DNA of 63,983 nt, counting the filler, from Ionaspis alba (taxonomy: Eukaryota): the NCBI GenBank assembly GCA_964255285.1. It is 3 parts of 3 records of this genome, joined end to end, with 100 filler letters (N's around TTAATTAATTAA, not from the genome) between each part and the next. Parts side by side here need not be neighbours in the genome. Positions count along the whole stretch, not along the records: positions 1 to 21,942 come from CAXUUL010000218.1; 2 more parts are not named here. One strand, 5' to 3'. Under the pieces are notes generated by a model, which was given only the letters and a program-made list of their open reading frames with translations, was not told the origin of the DNA and searched no databases. The position numbers and the translations under genes are program-made. Each line of letters begins with the position of its first letter. The stretch's first letter is position 1. Positions 1-12,725 of the stretch are shown piece by piece.

Positions 1-378
1 GATCGGAGACATCGGAGAGTTCAATTGGTTTCCTGGACAAGATGTAACATCGTCAATAGCTTAGCTGATGGCGGGAGTTCCAGCCCTGGCGGCAGAAGAG
101 GAGGGCGAGGAGGAAGAGTAGAAGTATGTCGCGCCGGCATACTATGGAATTTCCTGTGATTTCTGAATCCTATAATCTAGGTGCTGACCATGATAAGACA
201 AGAGGGATTTGTTGAAGATCGTCAATGTTTGGCGGTCATCGGCTAAGTGAAAGTTGTGCAGTTGAAGAGGTCGATAGGGCTCGGAGTTGCTGCCTGCCTG
301 CCGACGTCAGCCTTTGAGCAACAGCAATATCTACCCGCAATGGAAATACCTCTTTCACCGAGGTAATCATTGAGCAAG

Positions 379-2723
379 ATGAAGCTCACCGATCTGCCGA
401 CCGATATAATTGTCTCGATATTCCCATATCTCAATGCCGCAGATTTTCTCTCAATCACAAGCTGTACCCCGTCATTTCTTGCCTACAGGCAGGAACCAAG
501 TTACTGGCGAGATTTAACACAAAAGACATTTCGTATTCCTCCACAACCTCTTTTGGCCTCGGATGGAGCACGTTGGCAGAGAATCTTCAAAAGTCTACTT
601 ACTCAAACCCATGTCTTCACGTGGGGAAATAATGGGCAGTCCAATCTCGGCCACAGCTTCCTCGTGGCGCCTACGGCCGGCCGCAGAATTATATACAATG
701 CTCCACCTCATCGAATTTCATGGCCAACGGAAATGGAAAACATGGATGAGGTTGGTGTGGTCAGTGATGTGCAGGCGGGGTGAGCATTTCCATTGCGTTA
801 AATGTATATAACAAAGTCATTGCTGACGAAATTCCAACGACAGTGGCTGGTCTACTGTTGTTCTGAACTCGATCGGGCAATTATTTGCTGTTGGTATCTT
901 GGACGGGCAGAGATTTCAGATGCCTTGTAGACATCCCACGCGAATGAGATTTACAGCTGGTTATCCACCAACGACGAGAGAAGAATACCATTCGTCAACA
1001 GCGATTAAGCAGTACTCCGTGGGTAGATGTCATGTAATGGCTCTTGCTGATTCTGGAGAGATCTGGGAATGGTTTGAGGTTACCATGCAAGGACAGCGTT
1101 TCAGTTCCTTGAATCTTAATCTATCGATTGGGGGGTCGGACTCTAGAGAGGGTAGAGCCACTCGTGTTGTCGCTGGTATGTTCTTCGAGTCCTGCCTTCA
1201 GGAGATGTTCCTAACAAGCATTCGAAGGATGGTCTAATAGTTCTGCTTATATCAATGGCAAGGGCATTATCTATTGGCCCGCCACACAAGTGGCAGCGAC
1301 TGTTAGCGAAACGACCACGCCGGTAATAGAGACCTTTACTATCCCAGGGACCTCGTACTGCCGGGCCCAAGCTCAACGCTGGCCGAGCTCATCACTAGAA
1401 GCCAGTATAGGCGAAGTCATTACCCACATCGTCCTTGAGCTCCACATCGTATTCATCACGCATCTCAACAAAGTCTTCGCCTACCGCGCCAACAGCTCCC
1501 TCGACGCAGCCCTTGTTCCTACGGAGCTGACAACTTTTGCCCTCCAAGATCCTGATTTCCAGATCCAAGACATCCAGGGCTCTTTCAATAAGTTTGGGAT
1601 TTTCACGAAATCTGGCAAGGTTCTCTTTGGTAACGAGGATCTCCTCGATGCTTTCACCTCCTCCGCTCCTCGACCTTTTCTTCCACAGCCCCTCCTGCCA
1701 CCCGCTCTGCAATCCGCTCAAGTTATTTCACTAGCCTTCGGTGACCACCACTACCACGCTCTCCACGCTAACGGAACCATTACCTCCCACGGTAATGAGC
1801 CCGAACGCTGCGGTGCATTTGGTCTGGGCAACCCTCGCATTTCGTGGTTTCGAGGGATGATCCTTCAGCCCAACCAGGACGGCACCATTGGTACCCCCTC
1901 ATGGAGCGACGGCCGTCGAACGATCTGGTTCGAGCCCGAAAAAGCCCTTTGGCTCGAACATCTGCACCTCGAAACTGTAAAGGACGAGCCAGCACCCCAG
2001 GCTGTGCTAGCTTATAATGACCAGGAAGCCAGGATCGTGTTTGGGGAGTGGATGGAAAGAGAGGGAAGAGCTTGGTCGCAAGGACCTCAGAAATCTTCCC
2101 TGAATTCCATAGCCGAAACTCCTGGTCCTGATCCTTCAGAAGAGCGAGAGCTTCCAGATACCAGGGACGTAGATCTTTCGAACAACGCCGACCCTGATGC
2201 TGGGGCCTTTTTTGCCCTCAAGATTACCGCTGCCGGCTGGCATAGCGGCGCTCTCGTGCTGGTCGATCATGAGAAGGCTGAGCGCGTCAGAAGGAAGTGG
2301 ATCGTTCCTCCTCCCCCTCCTTCTCCTCTCCCGGAGCCAGCACCTGTCGCTGATCCCATCCCACAACCGCGGCACGAAAACGTTGGTGGTGAGGAAGCTG
2401 AGGGTGATGAAGTTGCCGCACCCTGGGATCAACTTGCTACCGCCATTCGCGGAATTGGGAATTGGTTCTATGAGAAGGGGAGGTGGTTTCTTGGGTTGAA
2501 AGCGAGAGACGATACTGCCACGAGAGAAGGAGAGAGAGGCCCCGAAAAGAGGACGGAGATGATTGGCGGGCCGCTTATCAGGGTTATGGACGAAGAGGGG
2601 CGCGGCACGGTGTATGCCTGGCATGGGAAGCCTTTTCCGAGAATTGAGCTCCCAGGTGGAGTTATGCCTGGAGATGATGAGATTACGCCGTGGAGAGGGG
2701 GACGTCCTGATTGGTCAGAGTAG
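379..2723 (+). CDS. SAF1: F-box protein with RCC1-like repeats (SAF1/Pof9-like SCF-associated factor); 3 exons, introns 780-843 and 1176-1227
   Basis: N-terminal F-box LTDLPTDIIVSIFPYL. RCC1-type motifs VFTWGNN, QAGGWST (across intron 1), VGRCHVMAL, VVAGWSNS (across intron 2), LAFGDHHYHAL and ITAAGWHSGAL. GT-AG introns join ORFs 370-783, 899-1237 and 1290-2723. Confidence 0.8.
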
Positions 2724-3055
2724 AGGGAGATTGAACGAGCGTGGACGGTGAGGTAAGCTGGGAATTTCATTTCTGTTGTCACTTGAAGATTTGTGGCTTT
2801 ACGATCATTGGACATTCTTCCCATCTCTGTAAGAAAGCACACTCTTTTTGAGAGCTTAGGTTAATGGTTGATAATTCAAGCTGCTGATGTTTCCATCGGC
2901 AGGGTTATTCTGAAAATGTCCTACTATGCTTGAGAGACCNNNNNNNNNNNNNNNNNNNNNNNNNNNNNNNNNNNNNNNNNNNNNNNNNNNNNNNNNNNNN
3001 NNNNNNNNNNNNNNNNNNNNNNNNNNNNNNNNNNNNNNNATCTCCGAACAGCCAC

Positions 3056-5475
3056 TCATTCGCCCATGGGCATATTCTCGACCTCCTCACTCAAAGCTCT
3101 CCAGTTGTCTGCCTGCAATTCTGCATATTTGACACGCTCCTGACTCCAGTCCTGATGAAGCTTGCTGACATGGTACTGTGATTGCTGGAAATAGAGCAGC
3201 TCGTCACGAATGCATTCTTTGATGAAGACACCACGGGCATGTTGGGCAACAATAGATTGTTTGTCCTGACGATAGGTCAATATAGCACCCACAGATAGAA
3301 GTGCAGAAAATCAAGACTCACATTCATGATCGCTTGCTCGAGCTTTTCGATCTCGCCAGGCTTTACGAGACCCTCTGGCTTTGCACGCACAGCAATCAAC
3401 TTTGTCTCGTTACTCTCGATTCGGCGCTCCAATTGTGGGATGTTATCTTTGGCATAGCGATCTCTCCGATCAAACATGTCTCGCACACCAACCAATGAGT
3501 CGCGCTGTCTCTTGAAATCCTCTAACACGCCCTCATCCCATGCGTGAGCCTCGTCTTCAAGGAGGCTGCGACTCGTTTCGAAATGCTTTGCTGTCGATTT
3601 GATCCCTTCGTTCAAGAGAGGGACATCGTTCGTGTCAGCAGCATAAGTGGATTCGGATTCTTCGGTAAGGGATTTGAGAGTCGTGGCGAAGCGCGTGTAA
3701 TCTGCGGCTACACCTTGATTACGTTTGGAGAGTCGCTCAAGGAGGTTGCAAAGACCGATATAGGTCTCAGCTGATTTCCTGACGCCCGAGCGAACTGTAT
3801 CGAAGGTATCCATAAGGTTCGTGGGAAGAGAGTCTTCAAGACCTGGTGGAAGAGCCTTTCCCGTGAACTCCTCTTGTACAGATATCGTAGCTTGCTTTCG
3901 CCATACGGCGAGTTCCTGGAAAGACTCGTCAGACGCTTTATATTTACTCTAGAAGTGATACTCACTGTAGGAACAGTCAAGAACATCACAACGAGCTGCT
4001 CCTGGCTCAAGACGGGATGTCTGACCAAGGCATTTGTGAATCTGACCAGTCCCCGCCTTCTCTTCTCAACGAAGGTCGTGTCCGAGGACAAGTGGCGCCC
4101 ATTGACTGCTCCACGGCATCATTAGCTTTCGAATAGGTGATGTGGTAAGAAGGCTCACCTGCGACCCTCTTCGGAGGCAATAGCGGCAACTGTCTGAAAG
4201 GATATCTCTTATACAAGCAGTCTAGTAACCAAACGAAATCGCTATATCGTCGGACCACCGTGCTGCCTCTCCGTGCACTCTTGACCTCATAATTGCGATG
4301 CTGAAACATGAACATTCCCTCCTTCTCTGGAAGCAGTGTAATTGTAACCGTTTCCTCCACTCCACGGCTAGTCGTCCTTCCTCCACCGAGAGACCTTGTG
4401 TTTCGCCCAGTAGGATTGCTTGAATCATCTCCGCCCGATCCAAATCCTGAACCACCCAATCCAGCCTGATCTCCATTGGGGTAGTCGGTGCCAGACGTGT
4501 CGTAGGTTCCCCATCCGCCACCAGCTGCAGTAGATGTGGATTCCGTGGGTTGAGATTCCCCGGGAAGATCTGCAGCGGTGGATTCTGGAGCTTCGGAATG
4601 CGTGGTAAAAGCACTTGTTGTCCGGGAGGCCGCCAACTGACCATTCGAGATTGGCCGGGCCGCTGTGACACCATTTGTCTTCCTTCCAGCGTCATTATTG
4701 ACAGCTTGAGTTTGTGCCTTCTGGATAGCTGGGCTAGCCCATGGGTCAGATTCTAAATCTGCAAGCGAATCTTTACGGAGTCGCCGAGACTTTGAGGGCG
4801 TTTCGGCAGGCTTGGGGTCCTTGAGGGGAGGGCTCGGTCTTCGCTGCGGAGGAGTCCTATCGTCGAAGGAGTCTGACGCTTTCGCATTCTTCAGCTTCTG
4901 TAGATACGGTATCGACGGTTCCGGCAGATCTACGGTATCGTCAGATATCTGGAACTGCCCGAAACAACTAGGTGCGCTTTACTTTTGCGTCTCTCGTCGA
5001 CACCATCCAGTGTAGCTTCTTCACCTTCCTGAGATAAGGCTAACAACGCAAGCAAGACATTAAATTCACTCCGGCTCAGTCCATTGGCAATCCCGTTTGG
5101 CGTGACGAGTTTCAGCAGTCTCTCTTGTTCGCTTTCACTTATCTTGCTGCTTGCCAGCAGCTTTTTTACTCCCTCAAGGCTAACTCCTGAGCCTGACCGA
5201 TCCCCTGAGTCAAGTATGGTATCAAATGTATCGATATAGCTTTCGGGAACATCGGACGCAGGGAGAAGGTTTTTGATGAGGTCGCCCCGCGCAGCTTTCT
5301 TGGGTGTAGGCAAGCCCCAAGGCGAAGCATTGCCATTTTCCGCGTCATCTGCAAAGAGAGAAGCGTTTGCTGTAGATCCAGGAGTAGGCTCGTCGTCGAA
5401 AAGAGACTTGGACTGTGGATGAGCTGGAGGGTTTGCTGGACTTGAGTCGTCTGGGGAACTTCCGAAAAGGGACAT
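3056..5475 (-). CDS. MVP1: Sorting nexin Mvp1/SNX8 (EH-like N-terminus, PX and BAR domains), multi-exon
   Basis: Starts MSLFGSSPDD. PX motif EKEGMFMFQHRNYEV...RRYSDFVWLLDCLYKRYPFRQLPLLPPKR. C-terminus LHQDWSQERVKYAELQADNWRALSEEVENMP. Confidence 0.93.
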
Positions 5476-5845
5476 TCTATCGCTCTGGAGTGTGGGAATA
5501 GGTCAATGTACAGTATAGAACTCAACCGCTTCACGAATCCTTCTGCAGAATTAGAAGGCTGTTGCTTGATAGACCACGCATGGACTAAGACTCCAACAAC
5601 AAGTTCTAGCTCTCTGCACTTGCCTCATCCAACCTTCAGCCACAAATTGCCGCCGAAACTATTATCCGCGAATGCTGCCTTGTCGAAGGTAATTTACCCT
5701 CATGTAGATCCGATTTGCGAAACCCTAACCTGCCAGCATCTCATCCAACCATACAAGACGGAGCCGCCTTCTTCCAAGCTGGAACTGACCTTTTGGTCTT
5801 CCTCCTCTTTTAATGTAGCTACAATTCAAGACTACAACCAGCAAT

Positions 5846-8800
5846 ATGCCTCCGGCATACACCCAAGCACAACGAAGTGCTATTGCTCAGTTTGTGAACT
5901 TCACCTCAGTCAAAGAAAGCGTTGCAGCCAAGGTGAGCGGCCAAAAGTTTCCCTTCCAATCAGCAATCACTCCCTTGATGATTCCTGCCATATGGTGTAG
6001 ATCAAACATCTAATTTGGCAAGAGCAATCACTGATGTTAGCGCATCTAGCAACTGAAGGCCTCTGGTTGGAATGTTGAACAAGCCGTAGACACGTATGTA
6101 CAGAACGATTTCTTAATTTTGAATACTTATGTGCATTTCTCTCATATTGTCACTCGTGTATCTTTTTCCATTCTCGAAGGTCAAGCACATTTTACTCTGT
6201 CTGGCTCGGACTGCGAAGACTTTTGTGACACCAGCTTTGCCCTTATGCGTTTGCTGCAAAGTCTACTATGGATAACCCTCATGTGGCGGATTCAAATCAT
6301 GGGACAATTTCAACGCAGCGAACCTCGCCCCCAAGGCTACGCAAAACGTCAGACTTGCCTGCTACAACCCCGATATCTCGTTGGATCCAACGCAACGATC
6401 GGCTTCGGAGGAGGTGGCCCGACACTATATACGATATTGTAGAAACAAGACGTTACAATGCTAGCGCTCGGCTTGAACGCTTTATCTATGAGGGTATGAA
6501 GAACGCAGATGGAGTGAAGATGCAAGATGCCAACGACGAAGAAATTGATCAAAGCCTGCTGATATCTGGGCCCACTGCCAAATTACACTCCTCGCTCTCG
6601 CGCTGCTCTTCTCGGTTAGATGTCAGAGATTTATTTGAGGACTCGATAGCAGATCAACTTTGCCTCGAGCAAGAACGTCGATGTCGTANNNNNNNNNNNN
6701 NNNNNNNNNNNNNNNNNNNNNNNNNNNNNNNNNNNNNNNNNNNNNNNNNNNNNNNNNNNNNNNNNNNNNNNNNNNNNNNNNNNNNNNNTTTGAGGACTCG
6801 ATAGCAGATCAACTTTGCCTCGAGCAAGAACGTCGATGTCGTAGGCGGCAGCGCTCCTTGACTGAGCGGTTTCATCGACAACTTCAGAATTCTTTCTTAT
6901 ACTGGATTGAAGCAGCGAGGAGTGGCAAATACTGGATACAGTTACAGCATCTACCTCAACTCTTCAGGTTCGTCTTGCGACGCCCTCTTATGCCTGAGTT
7001 GGAATTCCGCAACTTTCTCCGAAACATCGGAGATGATTCGGAATTCGATTATGATAGGAACCCTTTCAACAACGTGGAAAGGAAACCATCAGTTGCCCTG
7101 TACGCTTCGTACTATGAGACGACTGGTAGTCATGTCAGTTCCTGTATGGACTTACTACCAAAGGGCTATGGCGTAAAACACTCCAGTTGTCTCGAAAGTC
7201 CCATTGAAGGAGGAACTGCGATTATTCATGATGAATCTCCGTGTCTGTCGCGACGAAAGCTCTGTTCCTCGAGAGTTGCAAGGATCGAAGCTGCACCTTC
7301 TGCCTCGCAGGTGCAAGACCGTGAACTCGAAAAAAATGATGAGCACCTCCAAGAGGTAATCGAAGACCTTTCCAACGCAATCACACTATTTCGGAATGGG
7401 ACATACAGCATCCAGCAGACTGTGGAAGCGCTTCTGGACTGCACTGTTGGCCTCGTGATAGATCTTGACAGCTGCCTAATGCATATCAAAGACCTAAATA
7501 CTGATCCTCGCAATGCGGCTATCGCTATAGTTGACGAAACATTCTCTAACCAGCCTTCACCCAATGGCTCAGAGAACAATGAGGATGAAGAAAACACTTC
7601 GCAGTATCAACCTGCAGATGAGACTAAACCGTCGTCACATAAGCCCAAACTTTCGATCAAGTATGACATCGCTTCCGGGTTAATGTCGATCTATCTTGAT
7701 TTCCTCGAAGGCCTTACGAATGTTCGAGATGTTCCTGAAAAGTTTCGTTCTGCTCTTGACAAACCCGACATGCCTGATTGGGAACTGTCTTCTATCCTTG
7801 CTGAGCATGACATTCCACCAGAGTTGTTCTTTACCGAAGCTATGATGAAAGTGCCCGCGACCTCACTCTCAACATCAAAGCTACGTTCCACGGAATGTAA
7901 CGCTGCTACGCGACAGGTCCATGACCCGCTAAGAGAGTCCTCGAAGTCAACCTCAGGGCCAGGCAAGCGCGAGATTCTCATCGAAAACACTCCGCCTAGC
8001 ACGATCCAAGAGGAAGGAGAAGCAGAAACTCCTGCATCGTTTGAATATGATCCTACTATAGTGCCACAAATTTCAGGTCCGTCATGCAAACATCCATCAA
8101 TATCAATGGCCTTGGGAACAAGCGCTTCGATCTCGACAACCGGCTCAGGTCGGGGGACTCTTCCAACTACTGGCGATACGAGTCCAACCACCGACCCAAT
8201 GCCACGTTCCACAGAGGTTCAGCACATTTCTAATAGCACTCCTCCAAAATTCATAGTCAGTCCAATCACTAGAAAGAAGATATACCGCGAGGATTATTGG
8301 CCCAAAATCGGCACTGCAGGTTATCCAACCGTAGATCAGGTTGTCATTGATAATCGTTCAATCTCACCAGAAGATGGCGTGACAGAAGCGTTGTGGGGCT
8401 TGCCGATGCCGACTCGTCTCGCAAGAGAGTGGTGCCAAGAACACAATCTGCCGACATCGTTCATCCAAGACGGAGTGAAATCAACCACTCCCCAACGCCG
8501 AAAAGAGAAGAAGGCAAGCAAGCTTAGGAATACTGTCTGCCTTGTTCCGCCTGAAACGCGTGAGAAGCGCCGGTTGTCATTGTCTTCAGCGGGTAGTCGT
8601 GAACACAAACACACGAAATACCACAGCGAACTGGCTATCTTTGCCGAAAAAGGTGAGACCCAGGAGTCCTTTGTGGCCCGCTGTTTTGACGAGCGGATCC
8701 TTCATGAAACAAAGGCTGCAGCCAAACTCGGACTCAAGCAATCTCGGAATCGGTGCTGGGGATGCGGGCATTCTAGTTGCAGATGTCGTGATGATTACCT

Positions 8801-11289
8801 CGATCGAAGCTCCACAGACAAAAGTCATCGGCACATAGAACATAATAATAGAAGAAATTCGGTACCAGCACGCCTTTCAACGCCAAGTCGCTCACGACGT
8901 GTCTCTTCGGTGGTGAGCGCTTTCGGTGACGATAGAGAGTCTCTCCAATCGCTCAATCAGCTCGCCGATGCCAAATTAGAAGCTGATATCAAGCGTGCCA
9001 AGAGCGAGCCCTTAACTTCTAACAAAGAGAGGCTGCCTGCCCTCGAAAAGTGGAAGACTGATCCAAGGCGAAAAGAAACCACCTGCAATACTCCTCCGTT
9101 AGCATCGTCGGACACTGGACATGAAGCAGGCACTTTGGTCGAGCATATCGAGAATGTACAACCAGACTTCGAAAACCGGGAAAATTATCGCCTGACTGAT
9201 ACCCTTCTACAGACTGTCCCGGATAGCAGGGCGGATGATCAGGTAGCGAGACCCTCATCTCTTCTTGTTGACGGTTCGGGCTTTTCCGAAGAGACGAAGA
9301 CTGTGGATAGATGCCCAGGAACCGCGACTCCAGTCATTTCGGGCTCTGCGTCTACATTCGAGTCCTCGACAGCGGTCTCTCCGCGCGTAAATACCCTTCC
9401 CGGAGCTTCTGATCTGCAGCTCACTTTCGTAGACAAAAATGCTCATACTGGCTCTGCTCTATTCGAGGCAACGGTCAAAAGTCCCGGAACAAGATATGTA
9501 CTTGGAGGCGGCTCTGACTCTGTTACCAATGAACCGGGCGACGGTCATATTCTGCCGAGCAATATCGCTAAGCAATCAAAAGCTGCTCCGCATTCAACGG
9601 CCCACAAAAAGCATCCATCTATGTCAACAGCTCTCGGGACCCTGAGTTTAGAGCCCGCAGAGTCATCTTCTTCTGAAGGAAAGGAAATGCAGATTGCTAC
9701 TAGCAACGCTCAATCATCAGAATCTGACGGTTTCAAGAACGCTACCGCGCAAAACGCCGGTATTAGCGTTCCTGAAGATGCAGCTGTTCGGCAGGTTGAT
9801 GTGAATCTTAATCCATTTTTGCCACCAACACCACGACCAGCAAATATATCATTGCCACAATCGCCACGTCCTGAAAAGCAGACACTGCCGCCAACACCAC
9901 GTCCTGCAAACGTGTCACTCCCCCCGCCTTCGCGGCCGCGGCCGCGGCCGCGGAACAAGGTTCTCCCCTCCAGTCTGAAAGTTGCTACATCGCCATTGCC
10001 TCCATCTAACGATAGACGGGGCCCACGAATGAAGACCACAAGACAGCAAGTGTCCTCGGATCTCGCTCCACAAGCTCCCTGTCTCGACCATATGGATTGG
10101 GATCAGACATACGAGGATCTTGAAGGGGAGGGAGAAGATTGTCCGGAGTTAGATTCGTCAAGCGATTCTCCGCTAAGCCCTCCTCCACTTCCCTTATTCA
10201 AGCCTACGCCACGTCCAATCATGTCGGTGGCAGAGCAATTGGCTTCCATTGATGCAAACGTGAAAGCAATAGAGAAAAAGGCCAGAATAGCTCGCGTTCG
10301 CGCCAAAAAAGCCGCCAAAGAGAAGAGCGGGATGAAGGATATGACTGCCAAGGAGCCAGTGGAGAAGAGGGATACCAAAGACCGATATACTGGGAAGGAA
10401 AAGGCCGATGGTCGTCCTCCAAGGACTAAGGCGAACCGAACTTCACCTCTTGAGCATTTATCTGATTCTGTCTTTTTGCCCTTAAGCTACTATTGTGATC
10501 AGAGTGATACATCATTTAGCAAGACTGACGAACGACGTGGCAATAGTTACTTTCAAAGCACAGTCCCTGCAGCCGGTAAATCTGGGTCGAATTCCACTCT
10601 CAACAAGCTATTCGACAAATATCGAGGTATGCTCCGATCCTCCCATAGCTCTCCAGGAACTAATTGCCTCGAAATCCAAAGACGACCCCTCCAATAATCC
10701 CGATGTAATCGGTACCACGGGAACAATGAAATACCTCATGGACCTTGGCGTCCAACTCGACGAACCAGCCACCTTCGCCATCCACACCGAGCTTTCAGCT
10801 TCCACCGTGGGCGAGCTTTCCCGTGAAGGATTCATCTCCGGTTGGAAGGCACTGTCCGCAGAAAACATTTCGAAGCAGCAAGCCGCCGTGGCCAACATTC
10901 GATCATCACTTACGACCTCCCAAGAATACTTTCAGCGTGTCTACAAATATACCTTCCTCCTTGCACGGACGCCTGGTCAGAAAAACGTTGCTCTCGATGC
11001 AGCAACGGAATACTGGCGGTTACTGTTCGGTCCCGGTGGCAATCCATGGGCTACTGCGACTACGAACTGGTTGACTCTTTGGATTGACTTCTTGCTGTCG
11101 AGCTGGAAAAAAAGTGTGGGTAAGGACATGTGGGATCAAACAGGAGTTTTTGCCAAGAAGTGTCTGGAGGATGAGTCCATGAGCTGGTGGAGCGAGGATG
11201 GTGCGTGGCCTGGGGTCTTGGACGACTTTGTGGCGTATGTGAGAGAGAAACGGCATGAGGACGGTGGTGCGGAGGCTATGGTATTATGA
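5846..11289 (+). CDS. DCN1: DCN1 (defective in cullin neddylation 1; UBA-like plus PONY domains); exons 5846-5932, 6050-6093, 10547-10626, 10682-11289
   Basis: Exon 1 MPPAYTQAQRSAIAQFVNFTSVKESVAAK, exon 2 QLKASGWNVEQAVD(T) and exon 3 YFQS...LNKLFDKYR give the UBA-like N-terminus. Exon 4 has PONY motifs GELSREGFISGW, FQRVYKYTF, KDMWDQT and WSEDGAWPGVLDDFV. All junctions are GT..AG and phase-consistent. Confidence 0.9.
6268..10697 (+). CDS. ~1,424-aa low-complexity S/P/T-rich ORF nested in DCN1 intron 2 on the same strand and in frame with DCN1 exon 3; possible alternative first exon
   Basis: ORFs 6268-6804 and 6660-10697 become one frame when the 100-N gap and its 55-nt duplicated flank are collapsed. 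There is no stop codon over ~4.27 kb. Confidence 0.75.
9819..9955 (+). repeat. Coding tandem repeats in the nested ORF: 2x LPPTPRPAN(I/V)SLP and a CGGCCG run encoding RPRPRPR
   Basis: Directly visible in the DNA and the translation. Confidence 0.7.
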
Positions 11290-12074
11290 GGCGATGATGT
11301 CCAAAGGCGATAACGATGAACTTCTGCTTGCATATGTCTGGCGTTCCTGGATTAGAAAGTTCGTGCATCTGGACTGCATAGTCACTTAGGGAGGTTGAAT
11401 GCCAATAGAGCTTTTGTTATTCTAAGTCCGGTCCGTCGATTCCTCGGGGCGAGGCCGCGTGGCGCGGGACTGCTTAGGGACATGACTTGCTAAGGGGTAC
11501 CCTTATCTTCACCCCGTGCTCCCCGGCTGGGGGCTCCCTCAGGGATTTTTTAGCTGCTAAATTGTGCCAATAATTAGGTAAGCTCGTCAACGATTTCTGC
11601 CCATGAGCCTTGGGGTTGGATCAGATAACCTTAAACGTGCCCGTGCAGTAAGAGTGCTCCCGAGGTTCCCTAGATTTTGTGCAAGTGTTGTGGAAGGGTT
11701 CAACGCTCAGCTTCAACTGTTCCTTGATGTTACTGATGAGNNNNNNNNNNNNNNNNNNNNNNNNNNNNNNNNNNNNNNNNNNNNNNNNNNNNNNNNNNNN
11801 NNNNNNNNNNNNNNNNNNNNNNNNNNNNNNNNNNNNNNNNTGTTGTGGAAGGGTTCAACGCTCAGCTTCAACTGTTCCTTGATGTTACTGATGAGTCAAA
11901 GCGATGGCTACCTTTGGTAGTCGATTTCGAAGACGAGGCTTTTACTTTTCACCACTACAGCATCACTCCTTGTTCTATGGCTGCAATTTCGCCCACAACT
12001 AGCTCCTCGAGATCCTAATTATGGCCGTCTCAAAATGGCTTCCTCCTCCTCCAAGTATGCCATTGTAACCTTCC

Positions 12075-12638
12075 TTGCTGGCAGCTCCGTCAGACCTCTC
12101 AGTAACGCCTAGTATGAAGACGATTTCTACTGCATTGCAATCCGTGTCTGTGCAGAAACCTACCGGCACTATCTCGAATCGGCCCGCCGACGTCAAGACT
12201 GCCGAATATCTTCTACCAGCTCGGTACATGCTCGCTGCACGCTCCGACAACGCCATGACGGGAGAACGAGACGATCCCTTTCCTCCTTTGCCATCGGAAG
12301 TTTTCACCGCTAGGTTTTGGATCATGGCACCATCGTGTGCAATATACGAGTATTTGATCTCCGTCATGGCCCAGTATGGGCGTCTTGACCCATACGCGAT
12401 GAAGCAGATTCTGACGAGTTATGTATAACGGCCGGAAGGCGCCATGCCCTGCGCTACATAGCCAAACACGAAGGATTTAGAGCGATAGGTGGCTACTCTG
12501 CATGAGGACTTGTGGAAAACCGGACCGCAAGAGCTGATGAATCTGTTGTGGGAGTTCAAGAATGGGATGGATAGATACTATAGCGAGAGAGGTCGAAACA
12601 ATTGGATAGATATATATTGCTGTACAGCGGAGGACTGA
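12075..12638 (+). pseudogene. Degraded C-terminal fragment of a fungal GT8-like (nucleotide-diphospho-sugar) glycosyltransferase
   Basis: The frame reads YMLAARSDNAMTGERDDPFPP...F..RFWIMAPS...YLISVM...RLDPYAMKQILTSYV*RPEGAMPCAT*PNTKDLER*VATLHEDLWKTGPQEL. This matches recalled GT8 C-terminal motifs, with in-frame stops at 12426, 12459 and 12486. Confidence 0.65.
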
Positions 12639-12725
12639 GGGTCGATTGCTTGACCAACCACAGTTTCAAGCTTTCATCAAACATCTGCTTGCACTATATC
12701 TCCCTTGTCGTGTTGTTGCTATCTT

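Noticed and set aside
1..240. Possible 5' exons of a minus-strand gene running off the window
   Set aside because: An intron-like GTATGC...CAG is present, but there is too little coding sequence to support a call.
6268..10546. Nested ORF as a transposon or homing-endonuclease insertion
   Set aside because: No DDE, RT, gag or LAGLIDADG motifs, terminal repeats or TSD are visible, and the ORF is in frame with the host exon.
379..11289. SAF1 F-box and DCN1 as a cullin-pathway gene cluster
   Set aside because: Only two genes, separated by MVP1; such proximity is plausible by chance.
11686..11895. 55-nt direct repeats around gaps as LTRs, target-site duplications or CRISPR repeats
   Set aside because: The uniform length and position at N-gaps indicate an assembly overlap artefact.
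12459..12461. TAG at a probable Trp position in the GT8 relic as an A-to-I editing-corrected stop
   Set aside because: An additional TAA, a second TAG, an apparent deletion and the missing 5' half point to ordinary decay.
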